Program-made: the position numbers and the translations under genes
Notes under the pieces: generated by a model
The model's input: the letters and a program-made list of their open reading frames with translations, nothing else
Told to the model about the DNA's origin: nothing
The model's database searches: none
Source: Candidatus Paceibacter sp.
GTDB lineage: Bacteria > Patescibacteriota > Minisyncoccia > Phycocordibacterales > GCA-2747955
Length of the DNA: 64,000 bases
Direction: 5' to 3'
NCBI GenBank assembly: GCA_014237915.1
Contig: JABACC010000007.1
Span: forward strand, 1,446 to 65,445
In this document: positions 55,381 through 64,000 of the stretch, in pieces
How the letters are laid out: every line of letters begins with the position of its first letter
Position numbering within the stretch: position 1 is the stretch's first letter

Positions 55381-55803
55381 ATGAAATATTTTTTAATTAT
55401 TTTGATTATAATTTTTTTAGGAGCTTTTTCTATTTTTTACTGGAGAGGAAACGAAGAAGAAAGTCTTAGTGAAAATTTTCAAGATCAAGAGATTTTAGAT
55501 TATAAAAATGGAAATTACCAAGCATCTTCCTCCTACAGAGTTCCAAACGGAAATTCTCATAATATTGATGTAGATTTAGAAATTAAAGAAGACAAAATTA
55601 TTGAAATGAAACTTTCTTTTGACGGCCAAGAAGGCGCAGGAGCTTCCACTTTAAGCAACCAAAGATTTTCTTCAGAAATAGATTTTTATGTTTTAGATAA
55701 AGATATTGACGAGCTTTCACTTTCAAGAATTGGCGGGGCTTCTTTAACAACAAATTCTTTTAACGAGGCTTTAAAAGTTATAAAAAATACAGCCTCTAAC
55801 TAA
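55381..55803 (+). CDS. Membrane-anchored FMN-binding domain protein (ApbE substrate candidate)
   Basis: 140 aa. N-terminal TM. A C-terminal segment …DIDELSLSRIGGASLTTNSFNEAL… resembles the FMN_bind flavinylation motif (D-x-x-SGAT-x-T/S). Confidence 0.5.
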   Translation: MKYFLIILIIIFLGAFSIFYWRGNEEESLSENFQDQEILDYKNGNYQASSSYRVPNGNSHNIDVDLEIKEDKIIEMKLSFDGQEGAGASTLSNQRFSSEIDFYVLDKDIDELSLSRIGGASLTTNSFNEALKVIKNTASN

Positions 55804-55816
55804 TTTGTAATAATTT

Positions 55817-56629
55817 ATGATAAAAATTGGGCCAATTGAAAAACTTGGAACAATTTGGTTTTTTGAGTTTTTTGATTTAGAAAAAAAAGATTTAGATAAA
55901 ATTGAAAATAAAATTTTTCAAATTATGGATAATTTTGAAAATGATTATTCTCGTTTTTTAGAAAATTCAAAATTAAACATTTTAAATAAAAATAAAATTT
56001 TTGAAAATCCAGATAAAGAATTTTTAGAACTTTTGAGCCTTGCAGAAAAATCTTTTTTCCAAACAAATGGAGCTTTTAATATTTTAGTCGGAGATTTTTT
56101 AGAAAAATCAGGTTATGATAAAAAATATTCTTTTAAAGCCCAAAAAAAATTGCCAAAAATTCCAGATTTTCAAGAAGCTATTTTTTTCGATAAAAATAAA
56201 ATTATTTTAAAAGGGGATTTCAAAATTGATTTTGGAGGTTTTGGGAAAGGTTATTTAATCGACAAGTTAGCATTTTTTTTAAAAGAAAATAAAATAAAAC
56301 ATTTTTTAATAAATGGCGGAGGAGATATTTATGCTACAGAAAATAAAAAAAAAAAAGGTTTTGAGATTTTTTTAAAAAATCCTCAAGATGAGAAAAAAAT
56401 TTTTGCAAAAATTATTTTAAAAAATGAAGCTCTTTGCGTTTCATCTTCTTTTTATAGAAAATGGCAGTCTGAAAATAAAGAATTTTCGCATCTTGTAGGA
56501 TCTGAAAACCCAGAAAATTCTTTTGTTATTTCAAAAAAAGCAGTTGATGCAGATATTTGGGCAACAGCACTTTCCATAAATTCTAAAATCAAAAACCCAA
56601 AAAATATAAATTTTTTAAAAAATTTTTAA
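55817..56629 (+). CDS. apbE: FAD:protein FMN transferase (ApbE/Ftp family)
   Basis: …IDFGGFGKGYLIDKLA… and …INGGGDIYA… ApbE signatures. 270 aa. Confidence 0.75.
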   Translation: MIKIGPIEKLGTIWFFEFFDLEKKDLDKIENKIFQIMDNFENDYSRFLENSKLNILNKNKIFENPDKEFLELLSLAEKSFFQTNGAFNILVGDFLEKSGYDKKYSFKAQKKLPKIPDFQEAIFFDKNKIILKGDFKIDFGGFGKGYLIDKLAFFLKENKIKHFLINGGGDIYATENKKKKGFEIFLKNPQDEKKIFAKIILKNEALCVSSSFYRKWQSENKEFSHLVGSENPENSFVISKKAVDADIWATALSINSKIKNPKNINFLKNF

Positions 56630-56684
56630 AAACAAAACGGCGGATATTGAAGCTTTTTACAAAACTTTCAACATCCGCCAACAA

Positions 56685-57053
56685 CTAAGCAGCGAGAGAA
56701 TCTTCTTGCAAAAAAGTAATTATTAATATTATACTTTTTCCCCCATCTTTATTTTTTCTGCCCTTTGCTCGCACAGCACACATAGTTCCTTCTTCAGGAC
56801 AGCCCTTTTTTCTCGGGGCACATATTTTTATTTTAAGAAGTTTTTCAGACCCTTTAATGTTTTTGAGAACAGCTGGAAGACCTTCCATGTCTTGACGGAG
56901 AGTTGTTGACTTCTTTTTTTCCTCAAGTGCTTTTTTCAATAAATTGTATATTTTCTCCAGAACATGCGTCTGAAGGACGGTGGTTTGTTTGATATTCAAA
57001 ACAATTCTCCTGATTGAAAATTTGCCACTATCAGCAAACTTATAATATTTTAT
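56685..57053 (-). CDS. Hypothetical Cys-containing small protein; start uncertain
   Basis: The ATG-based ORF (to 57344) overlaps tRNA-Gln and is therefore over-extended. An in-frame TTG at 57053 or the internal Met (MEGLPAVLK…) are more plausible starts. C-terminal CAPRKKGCPEEGTMC. Confidence 0.2.
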   Translation of the reverse strand: MKYYKFADSGKFSIRRIVLNIKQTTVLQTHVLEKIYNLLKKALEEKKKSTTLRQDMEGLPAVLKNIKGSEKLLKIKICAPRKKGCPEEGTMCAVRAKGRKNKDGGKSIILIITFLQEDSLAA

Positions 57054-57134
57054 ATTAACAATTTTTTTTGTCAAACATTTTTTAATTAAAAAATTTAAAA
57101 AACCAAGAAAAATCTTGGTTTTTAATTTTCTAGT

Positions 57135-57203
57135 TGCCAGACAGGGACTCGAACCCCGATTAACCGGACCAGAACCGATTGTCCTACCGTTAGACGATCT
57201 GGC
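57135..57203 (-). tRNA. tRNA-Gln (anticodon CUG), compact D-loop
   Basis: Reverse complement GCCAGATCGTCTAACGGTAGGACAATCGGTTCTGGTCCGGTTAATCGGGGTTCGAGTCCCTGTCTGGCA. Anticodon loop TTCTGGT, T-loop GGTTCGAGTCC, 7-bp acceptor stem with one G·U pair. Confidence 0.6.
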
Positions 57204-57360
57204 AAAAATTATGAAAGCTGAAAGCTTGATAAAATTTTTAATGCCAGTCGTCGGGCGATTTCTGGCAAAAACGCTGGTTAAAAATTTCACTGCGGTTTTT
57301 TGTGGAAAAATTTTCCACAAAAAACCGCAATGAAATTTTAGCAAAAATAAATATTTAAAA

Positions 57361-57413
57361 AAGGCGAAAAGAAATTTAAAAAATATTTTTTAAATTTTTT
57401 TTCGCCTTTTTTA
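57361..57413. terminator. Long AT-loop palindrome (bidirectional terminator candidate) at the 3' side of rnpB
   Basis: aaggcgaaaagaaatttaaaaaatattttttaaattttttttcgcctttttt. Confidence 0.4.
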
Positions 57414-57416
57414 AAA

Positions 57417-57707
57417 CCTTTTACAATAAGCCGAGTTCTGTCTCAAAAATGAGTGATGATATTTATCTACTTTTTTTGTTGCCAAAAAAATTTAGCGACT
57501 CTCCCCAAACGGGGCGCGGTCTTGCATACAGGCAAGGATTTAGCCGTTTCATTTTTTAGTTTCCTAAAAATTTATCCCGAAGGATAGTTTTTGATTACTC
57601 AAAAAACCGTCACTGCTCGCACCTCTTTAAGATGGCCGTTAGCCACTACCAAATTATATGCTCGGACTTTCCTCTTTGTAAAAACAAAGCATCAGCATAG
57701 TAAAAGG
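57417..57707 (-). ncRNA. rnpB: RNase P RNA (bacterial type, reduced, roughly 290 nt)
   Basis: On the minus strand: P4 5' strand GAGGAAAGTCCGAGC (canonical GGAAAGUCCGGGCUCC). P4 3' strand ACAGAACTCGGCTTA (canonical ACAGAACCCGGCUUA). P1 pairing CCTTTTAC (57417-57424) with GTAAAAGG (57700-57707). GC-rich island with no ORF. Confidence 0.7.
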
Positions 57708-57741
57708 TTTATTTATTTTAACAAAAAAAATATAAATAGCA

Positions 57742-58890
57742 TTGAAAAGAAAAAAAATTTTATATAATAAGAAAATGTTAAAAGTTTTTAAAATTGCTGA
57801 CAAAATTTTTCTAAGTAGTTTTTTTATTCTTGTTGTTTTAGGATTTTTTATTTTTCTCTCTGCTTCTTTTGGAAGCTTACACGATATGAAATTTTTTTTA
57901 AGTTTAACCTTAAAACAATTAATTTCTATTTTTTTAGGAATATTAGTTTTTTATTTTTTAGCTTATTCTAAAAAAATAAATGAAAAATGTTTTCGAAAAT
58001 ATTCTGTTTGGATTTTTTTTATAACTCTTATTATTCAGCTTTTAGTTTTTTTTCCGGGTCTTGGAATTGAAATAAAAGGAGCCACAAGGTGGCTTGATCT
58101 TGGGTTTTTAACAATTCAGCCATCTGAAATTTTAAAATTAGGAATTGTAGTTTTTGCTCCAGCTCTCGTTTTAGCTTTTGTGGAAAATTTTTATAAAAAT
58201 AAATTTTTTAATTTACTGCTTTTTTTAACAATTTTCACAATTCCTCTTTTTTTAATATTTTTTTTTATTAAAGATTTCGGAACTCTAACTACAATTTTAT
58301 TTTCTATCTTTTCGGTAATTTTAGTTTCGAAAGTTAAATTTACGCACACACTTTTTTCTGCTTTTTTGGGAATTTTATTTTTATTTATTTTAATCTTTTT
58401 CTTGGTTCCACACGGAAAAGAGAGAATTGAAAATTTTTTAGGCTCCGAAGAAGATCCTCTCGGAAGTTCTTTTCACACAAACCAATCTATAATGACAATC
58501 GGCTCGGGGGAAATTTTAGGAATTGGTTTTGGAAAATCATTGCAAAAATTTGATTACCTACCAGAGCCTTTAGGAGACTCAATTTTTGCCGTCTACGCGG
58601 AAGAAAAAGGTTTTTTAGGCTCTGTCTTCTTTCTTTTAGTTTTTATGGTTTTTACAGGAAGAGGTCTTTACCTTTCTTATAAAAATAAAAATAAATATTC
58701 AAGACTTGTTTCTGTTGGAATAATTTCATTAATAGTTTTTCCTGTTTTTTTAAATATCGCTTCGGTTTTAAAACTTTTTCCACTTTCTGGGCTCCCTATA
58801 AATTTTGTCTCAAAAGGAGGGTCTGCAATTTTAATTTCTATAATTTTAGTAGGAATTTTTATTAATTTAAATCGAAAAATAAGAGTTTAA
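57742..58890 (+). CDS. ftsW: SEDS-family peptidoglycan glycosyltransferase FtsW/RodA
   Basis: 382 aa, roughly 10 TM. Conserved periplasmic loop (…RWLDLGFLTIQPSE…) and C-terminal …PLSGLPINFVSKGGSA…. Confidence 0.8.
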   Translation: MKRKKILYNKKMLKVFKIADKIFLSSFFILVVLGFFIFLSASFGSLHDMKFFLSLTLKQLISIFLGILVFYFLAYSKKINEKCFRKYSVWIFFITLIIQLLVFFPGLGIEIKGATRWLDLGFLTIQPSEILKLGIVVFAPALVLAFVENFYKNKFFNLLLFLTIFTIPLFLIFFFIKDFGTLTTILFSIFSVILVSKVKFTHTLFSAFLGILFLFILIFFLVPHGKERIENFLGSEEDPLGSSFHTNQSIMTIGSGEILGIGFGKSLQKFDYLPEPLGDSIFAVYAEEKGFLGSVFFLLVFMVFTGRGLYLSYKNKNKYSRLVSVGIISLIVFPVFLNIASVLKLFPLSGLPINFVSKGGSAILISIILVGIFINLNRKIRV

Positions 58891-58938
58891 TTTTTAATTC
58901 TTATTTTTTCTCCTTTAAAAATTTAGTATAATCTAAGT

Positions 58939-60069
58939 ATGAAAATAGTATTAACAGCGGGAGGCTCTGGGGGGCATTTTTATCCACTTATTTCCGTGGC
59001 AGATAAAATAAGAGAAATTTCTGAAAAAGAAAAAATGGTTTCTCCTGATATTTATTATTTAGCCAACGATCCTTATGACAGGGATATTTTATTTAAAAAT
59101 GATATTCAGTTTGTAAAAATTTATGCTGGAAAAATGAGAACATATTTTTCTGTTAGAAATTTTTTTGGTTTATTTAAAACTTTTTTTGGAACATTAAAAT
59201 CTATTTATATAATTTTTAAAATTTTTCCAGATGTTGTTTTTACAAATGGATCTTATGTAGCTTTTCCTGTTTTGGTGGCTGCAAGAATTTTTGGAATTCC
59301 TGTGGTTTTGCATTCTTCAGACACGATTCCCTCAAGAGTAATTTTATTTGCTTCAAAATATGCTAAAAAAATTTCGGTTGCTTTTTCTGAATCGGCCGAT
59401 TATTTACCAAAAGAAAAAATTGTCCTTTTGGGGAATCCTGTTCGTGATGAGATAAAAAATAAAGAAGTTGGGGATTCAAAATCTTTTTTAGGTTTAGAAT
59501 ACGGAATAAAGACAATTTTTGTTTTGGGAGGTTCGCAAGGAGCAAAAGCCATAAATGATGTTATTTTAGGATCATTACCAGAGCTTTTAAAAGAATATCA
59601 AATTATTCACCAAGTTGGTAAAAAAAATATTGAAGAGGTTTATGGAAGATCGGGAGTGATTTTATATGACAATCCTTTAAAAAAAAGATACAAAATTTTT
59701 GATTATATGGATGATTTAAATTTAAGAATGGCGGCAGGAGCGGCTGATTTAATAATTTCAAGAGCGGGCGCTGGATCTATTTATGAAATTGCAAACTGGG
59801 GCGTGCCGAGCATTTTAATTCCTATTGATGGAAAAGTTTCAAGAGACCAAGAGACAAACGCTTTTTCTTATGCTCGAGATGGAGGCGGAATTTTTATAAA
59901 AGAGAAAAATCTTAGTTCAGGAATTTTACGTTTAGAAATTAAGAGAATTTTAGAAAATGAAAAAATTTATAACGATATGAAATTAAAATCAAAAGCTTTT
60001 TCAAAACCAGAAGCTTCAGAAAAAATTGCAGAACAAATTATAAAAATTGGAATTTCTCATAAAAAATAA
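58939..60069 (+). CDS. murG: Undecaprenyldiphospho-muramoylpentapeptide beta-N-acetylglucosaminyltransferase
   Basis: N-terminal GGSGGHFYP (G-loop). GT-B fold. C-terminal …GAGSIYEIANWGVPSILIP… motif. Confidence 0.9.
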   Translation: MKIVLTAGGSGGHFYPLISVADKIREISEKEKMVSPDIYYLANDPYDRDILFKNDIQFVKIYAGKMRTYFSVRNFFGLFKTFFGTLKSIYIIFKIFPDVVFTNGSYVAFPVLVAARIFGIPVVLHSSDTIPSRVILFASKYAKKISVAFSESADYLPKEKIVLLGNPVRDEIKNKEVGDSKSFLGLEYGIKTIFVLGGSQGAKAINDVILGSLPELLKEYQIIHQVGKKNIEEVYGRSGVILYDNPLKKRYKIFDYMDDLNLRMAAGAADLIISRAGAGSIYEIANWGVPSILIPIDGKVSRDQETNAFSYARDGGGIFIKEKNLSSGILRLEIKRILENEKIYNDMKLKSKAFSKPEASEKIAEQIIKIGISHKK

Positions 60070-60078
60070 TTTTTTAAA

Positions 60079-60411
60079 ATGAATGTAGTTAAAAAATTTC
60101 AAAAGAAAAAAGAAGATTTTTCTTGCTCCAATTGCGGTTTTTTGGTTAAAGGTGATGGTTTTACAAATCATTGCTCGCAATGTTTTTTTTCTAAACATGT
60201 TGATATTTTTCCGGGAGATAGACTTGAAAATTGTGGTGGAAAAATGGAAGTTACTGATATTGTTTCTTCAAAAAGAGGAAAATATATTATAGAGCATAAG
60301 TGTTTAAAATGCGGAGAAATTTCAAAAGATAAGTTTAGAGACGGGCTGGATAATTTTGAAAATTTTTTAGAATTAGTAAAAAAAATTAATAAAAAGAAAG
60401 GTTTGAATTAA
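60079..60411 (+). CDS. RNHCP-domain zinc-ribbon protein
   Basis: CSNCG…TNHCSQCFFSKH… matches the RNHCP (C-x2-C…RNHCP-x-C) pattern. Second CLKCG ribbon. 110 aa. Confidence 0.4.
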   Translation: MNVVKKFQKKKEDFSCSNCGFLVKGDGFTNHCSQCFFSKHVDIFPGDRLENCGGKMEVTDIVSSKRGKYIIEHKCLKCGEISKDKFRDGLDNFENFLELVKKINKKKGLN

Positions 60412-60461
60412 TTTTTTTTGAAAAATTGTGTTAAGATATTAATATATTTTAATAAATAAAA

Positions 60462-61670
60462 ATGCTTTTTAAATATAAGGTTTTAGATAGAAATTCTGGT
60501 ACAGAAAAAAATGGAGTTATCGAAGCGCATTCAAAAGATGTTGCAATTTCATCTCTTCAAGATAGAGGTTTTTATGTTATTTCTGTTGTTGATGGAGATA
60601 AAAAATCTTTTTTAGAGCAAAATGTTTTTTTAGGGAAGGTAAAAAACAAAGATATTGTTATTTTATCTAAACAACTAGCTACACTTTTTGACGCTCAAGT
60701 TTCAGCTTTAAAAATTTTCGAATTAATTTCAGTTGAGACAAAAAATGAAAATTTAAAAAATGCTCTTGTTGAAATTGCAGCCGACATTGCTGATGGATCT
60801 TCTGTAAATAAAGCTTTAGCCAAGCAGTCGCATATTTTTTCATCTTTTTATATAAATATGGTTGCAGCAGGAGAAGAGTCGGGTAAGTTATCAGAAACTT
60901 TTATTTATCTTTCAGATTATTTAGATAGATCTTACGAAATTTCTTCAAAAGCAAAAACGGCTTTTATTTACCCTGCTTTTGTTATTTCTGTTTTCATCAT
61001 CGTTATTTATTTAATGCTTACTATGGTTATTCCAAATATTGCTGGAATTTTAATTGATTCTGGACAGGATCTTCCACTTCCAACAGTTATTATTTTAGCT
61101 CTTTCTTCTTTTATGACTGATTACGGAATTTATTTAATTATTATTTTAATTATTGGAGCAATATCTTTATTTAGATACTCAAAAAGTGCTGCTGGAAAAT
61201 ATATTTTTGATGAGTTTAAAATAAAAATTCCATACATAGGGAGTTTGTATAAAAATCTTTATTATTCAAGAATTTCTGGAAATCTAAATTTAATGCTTTC
61301 TTCAGGGGTTGCGATGGTTAAATCTCTTGAAAATACAGCAAAAATTGTTGATAATAAAATTTATGAAGATATGTTGATGGAAATAGCGGAAGATGTTAGA
61401 GGAGGAGCTTCTGTTTCAAATTCTTTTATGAAAGGCGAAAAATATATTCCGTCACTTTTAATACAAATGATTAAAGTTGGAGAGGAAACTGGAAAATTAT
61501 CTGACATTTTAAAAACAATGAGTAAATTTTATGAAAGAGAGGTTTTAAACTCTGTAAATAGTTTGGTCAGTTTGATAGAACCAGCTTTAATTGTAGCTTT
61601 GGGAGTTGGAGTTGGAGGAATGCTTTCAGCTGTTTTAATCCCGATTTACAGCATCACAGGAACTGTTTAA
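60462..61670 (+). CDS. pilC: Type IV pilus assembly / T2SS platform protein, GspF/PilC family
   Basis: Two T2SSF repeats (…MVAAGEESGKLSETF… and …MIKVGEETGKLSDIL…), each followed by TM helices. 402 aa. Confidence 0.85.
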   Translation: MLFKYKVLDRNSGTEKNGVIEAHSKDVAISSLQDRGFYVISVVDGDKKSFLEQNVFLGKVKNKDIVILSKQLATLFDAQVSALKIFELISVETKNENLKNALVEIAADIADGSSVNKALAKQSHIFSSFYINMVAAGEESGKLSETFIYLSDYLDRSYEISSKAKTAFIYPAFVISVFIIVIYLMLTMVIPNIAGILIDSGQDLPLPTVIILALSSFMTDYGIYLIIILIIGAISLFRYSKSAAGKYIFDEFKIKIPYIGSLYKNLYYSRISGNLNLMLSSGVAMVKSLENTAKIVDNKIYEDMLMEIAEDVRGGASVSNSFMKGEKYIPSLLIQMIKVGEETGKLSDILKTMSKFYEREVLNSVNSLVSLIEPALIVALGVGVGGMLSAVLIPIYSITGTV

Positions 61671-61742
61671 AAAACTTTAAATTTAAAAAATAAAAAAGTG
61701 GAAAATTTTCCACTTTTTTATTTTTATAAATTTTTTATAAAT

Positions 61743-62090
61743 TTATTTTTTCACTTGCTCTACAATTCTTGCAAAAGTCTCAGGGTTTTCTTTAGCGATT
61801 TCTGAAAGCATTTTTCTATTTATACTAAAATCTTTTTTGTGAACAAGGTCCATAAATTTAGAATAAGAAATTTCGTACTCTTTTAGGGCACCAGATATTT
61901 TTATTTGCCAAAATTTTCTAAATTCTCTTTTTTTCTTTCTTCTGTGAGCAAAAGCGTGTTGCCCAGCTCTTAACACTGCTTGTTTGGCTTGTTTGTATTT
62001 CGAGTTTCTGGCATTTGTAAAACCTTTTGCTAAAGCTAAAATTTTACTTTTTCTCTTATTTTTTAATGTTCCTCTTTTTACTCTTGTCAT
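61743..62090 (-). CDS. rplT: 50S ribosomal protein L20
   Basis: MTRVKRGTLKNKRKSKILALAKGF…AFAHRRKKKREFRKFWQ. 115 aa. Confidence 0.9.
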   Translation of the reverse strand: MTRVKRGTLKNKRKSKILALAKGFTNARNSKYKQAKQAVLRAGQHAFAHRRKKKREFRKFWQIKISGALKEYEISYSKFMDLVHKKDFSINRKMLSEIAKENPETFARIVEQVKK

Positions 62091-62153
62091 AATTATTTTT
62101 TAGTTACCCGGACATCTTAATTTTTCAAATTAAGGAAACCAGAGCTTTTAATT

Positions 62154-62342
62154 TTATTTTTTTGGAAGAAATCTTGCTTTAATTTTATTTGTTAAAAGAT
62201 TAAAATTCATCAATTTTTTCTTACCCATTTTTGTACTATTTGATTCTTTAGCATTGTAATGGTTTCTTCCTTTTTTTCTCATTTTTACCTTATTATTTTT
62301 AGATATTTTAAGTCTTTTGGTAAATGATTTATTTGTTTTCAT
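62154..62342 (-). CDS. rpmI: 50S ribosomal protein L35 (start at internal Met of the tracked ORF)
   Basis: MKTNKSFTKRLKISKNNKVKMRKKGRNHYNAK… fits the L35 basic pattern (K..K…KRfK.t..GK…R.GK.H). Immediately upstream of rplT as in infC-rpmI-rplT operons. Confidence 0.55.
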   Translation of the reverse strand: MKTNKSFTKRLKISKNNKVKMRKKGRNHYNAKESNSTKMGKKKLMNFNLLTNKIKARFLPKK

Positions 62343-62411
62343 AGCGGGGGTATTATAGCACAAATGAAAATAAAAAAACAATTTTTACTTTTTTTGATAT
62401 AATTTAAAAAT

Positions 62412-63134
62412 ATGATTAATTTTCAATCCGAATTTAAAATAAAAAACTCAAATTTCGAAGGCCCGTTTGAGGTTTTATTAAAGATGATTGATAAAAAAAA
62501 AATTTTTATCAATGAAATTAACCTCTCAAAAATAACAGATGAATTTATTTTATTTGTGAAAGAAAATGAAAATACTCTAAAAGATATTTCCTATTTCATC
62601 TCAACAGCCTCAACTCTTCTTTTATTAAAATCAAAAAACCTTTTGCCTAAAATGAGTCTCTCAGACGAAGAAGAGCAAGAAGTTAAAAATCTTTCTGAAA
62701 AGTTATTACTTTACAAAAAATTTGTTGAAATTTCAGAAAAAATCAAAGAAAAATATGGTAAAAAAATTCTTCCTTTAAAAAAGAAAAATTTTAAAAGAAA
62801 AATTGTTTTCTCCCCCCATGAAAGTATAAATAAAGAAAATATTTCTGCATCAATTGAAAATCTATTTTTCGTTTCACCAATTTTTATTCCAAAGCCAGAA
62901 AAAAAAGTTGAAAAAATAATTTCTTTAAAAGATGTAATTGAAAAAATATCTTCTAGAATAAAAGTTTTAACAAAAATGTCTCTTTCTGAAATTTTTAGCG
63001 GTCAGGATAAAAAAAACAAAGCAGTTTCTTTTTTAGCTTGTTTGGAGCTTTTTCGAGAAGGGAAAATTGACATGTCTCAATCTGAATCTTTTTGTGATAT
63101 TATTATTGAAAATAAAGATGAGAAAAAAAATTAA
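62412..63134 (+). CDS. scpA: Segregation and condensation protein A (kleisin)
   Basis: N-terminal F-x-GPFEVLLKMI motif. 240 aa. Followed by scpB. Confidence 0.7.
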   Translation: MINFQSEFKIKNSNFEGPFEVLLKMIDKKKIFINEINLSKITDEFILFVKENENTLKDISYFISTASTLLLLKSKNLLPKMSLSDEEEQEVKNLSEKLLLYKKFVEISEKIKEKYGKKILPLKKKNFKRKIVFSPHESINKENISASIENLFFVSPIFIPKPEKKVEKIISLKDVIEKISSRIKVLTKMSLSEIFSGQDKKNKAVSFLACLELFREGKIDMSQSESFCDIIIENKDEKKN

Positions 63135-63150
63135 AGTTAGAAAATAAAAA

Positions 63151-63765
63151 ATGGAAGAAAAAGAGTTAGAAAATTTTGAAGATCAAAAACCAGAAGCTTT
63201 AATAGAAAGCTATCTTTTTTATAAAGGAAGTGAAATTTCATTTTCTGAGCTTTCAAAAAAAATGGGGTTTTTAGCAAGAGATATTGAAAATTTTTGTAAA
63301 ATTTTAGTAGAAAAATATGAAGAAGATGAAAAATCTTCACTAAATTTAGTTTTAACAGAAAACTCAGCCACGCTTTCTTTAAAAAAAGATTTTTTAAAAA
63401 TTTTAGACAATGCAAATCAAGAAGAAATTTCTGGCGAACTTTCAAAACCAGCCCTTGAAACACTTTCTATTATTTTATACAAATCTCCAATTTCTCGTTT
63501 TGAAATTGATTCTGTCAGAGGAGTAAATTCAACATATATTTTAAGAAACTTATCTATTAGAGGATTAATTTCAATACAAAAAAAAGACGGAAAAATTTTT
63601 TATGTTCCCACAACTGATCTATATCGTTTTTTAGGAATTAGTAAAAAAGATGAATTACCTGATTATGAAAAATTTTTAAAAAAAATTGAAATGATAGAAA
63701 AGGGCGATGAAGAGAATTTAGAAAAATCAGACCAAAATAAAGATGAGAAAAATAATGAAAATTAA
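63151..63765 (+). CDS. scpB: Segregation and condensation protein B
   Basis: Tandem winged helix: …ALIESYLFYKGSEISFSEL… and …SKPALETLSIILYKSPISRFEIDSVRGVN…. Confidence 0.8.
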   Translation: MEEKELENFEDQKPEALIESYLFYKGSEISFSELSKKMGFLARDIENFCKILVEKYEEDEKSSLNLVLTENSATLSLKKDFLKILDNANQEEISGELSKPALETLSIILYKSPISRFEIDSVRGVNSTYILRNLSIRGLISIQKKDGKIFYVPTTDLYRFLGISKKDELPDYEKFLKKIEMIEKGDEENLEKSDQNKDEKNNEN

Positions 63766-63780
63766 AAATAATTTTATTTT

Positions 63781-64000
63781 ATGGAAAATACTTTTTTAAA
63801 AAAAGAAAAAAATAATAATAAAATTTTTGTAAATATAGTTTTTTTGTTTTTAGGTTTTTTAATTTTTTACTCTTACAATTATTATGTTGAAAAAAAAGTT
63901 TTAGATGAAGATTTAGAGAAAAAAACACAGCAAAACACAAAAGAACAGGAAATTCTAAAAATAAAGGCTGAGAATGAAAAAATTTTGGAAAATATTTTTG
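63781..64000 (+). CDS. Hypothetical membrane-anchored protein (5' partial; runs off window end)
   Basis: MENTFLKKEKNNNKIFVNIVFLFLGFLIFY… TM anchor then coiled-coil. No stop before the window end. Confidence 0.3.
   Translation, partial: MENTFLKKEKNNNKIFVNIVFLFLGFLIFYSYNYYVEKKVLDEDLEKKTQQNTKEQEILKIKAENEKILENIF

Noticed and set aside
57115-57333. 72-aa plus-strand ORF
   Set aside because: Overlaps tRNA-Gln in sense orientation and runs into the rnpB flank. An artefact of the GC-rich RNA gene region.
56685-57344. 219-aa minus-strand ORF from the track
   Set aside because: Its first roughly 90 codons run through the tRNA-Gln gene (57135-57203) and its flank. Only the 3' portion (to about 57053) is plausibly coding, and even that is low confidence.

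Overview
Extremely AT-rich bacterial window under the standard genetic code (UGA does not interrupt PNPase or DnaK). Reduced, tightly packed genes, many predicted N-terminal TM/signal-anchored proteins, a stand-alone DNA polymerase I polymerase-domain ORF and a very small RNase P RNA suggest a CPR/Patescibacteria-like organism; this is inference only. Housekeeping content: pnp-infB-rbfA, ruvC, comM, yidC, pilB, pilC, grpE-dnaK, tyrS, secE-nusG-rplK, polA (polymerase domain only), rpsF-ssb-rpsR, ABC-F, lexA, mscS, clpP, pyrH, rpiB, mraY-murJ, ftsW-murG, rplT-rpmI, scpA-scpB. RNA genes: tRNA-Pro, tRNA-Ser followed by a decayed tandem copy, tRNA-Gln and a minimal RNase P RNA. Four things stand out. 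(1) 26.2-32.8 kb: a 1316-aa secreted giant protein ends in an LCAT-like phospholipase/acyltransferase domain (PYDWR, AHSMGG motifs). It is followed by three copies of its 3' end-plus-next-gene-start junction, two diverged-core small membrane protein paralogs, (AT)n tracts inside their 5' ends, and an orphan near-identical copy of the lipase active-site segment. This looks like a polymorphic toxin/immunity-style or phase-variable lipid-scavenging cassette locus. (2) T4SS-like conjugative-type components: a VirB6/TrbL-like membrane protein, a VirB4/VirD4-family ATPase and a tandem array of five VirB2/TrbC-like pilin paralogs. (3) A flavin-trafficking module: membrane FAD/NAD oxidoreductase, FMN-binding protein, ApbE. 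(4) Seven members of a conserved palindromic GNRA-loop hairpin family. No CRISPR array, rRNA or obvious transposase was seen. All calls are from reading motifs by eye; no searches were run.
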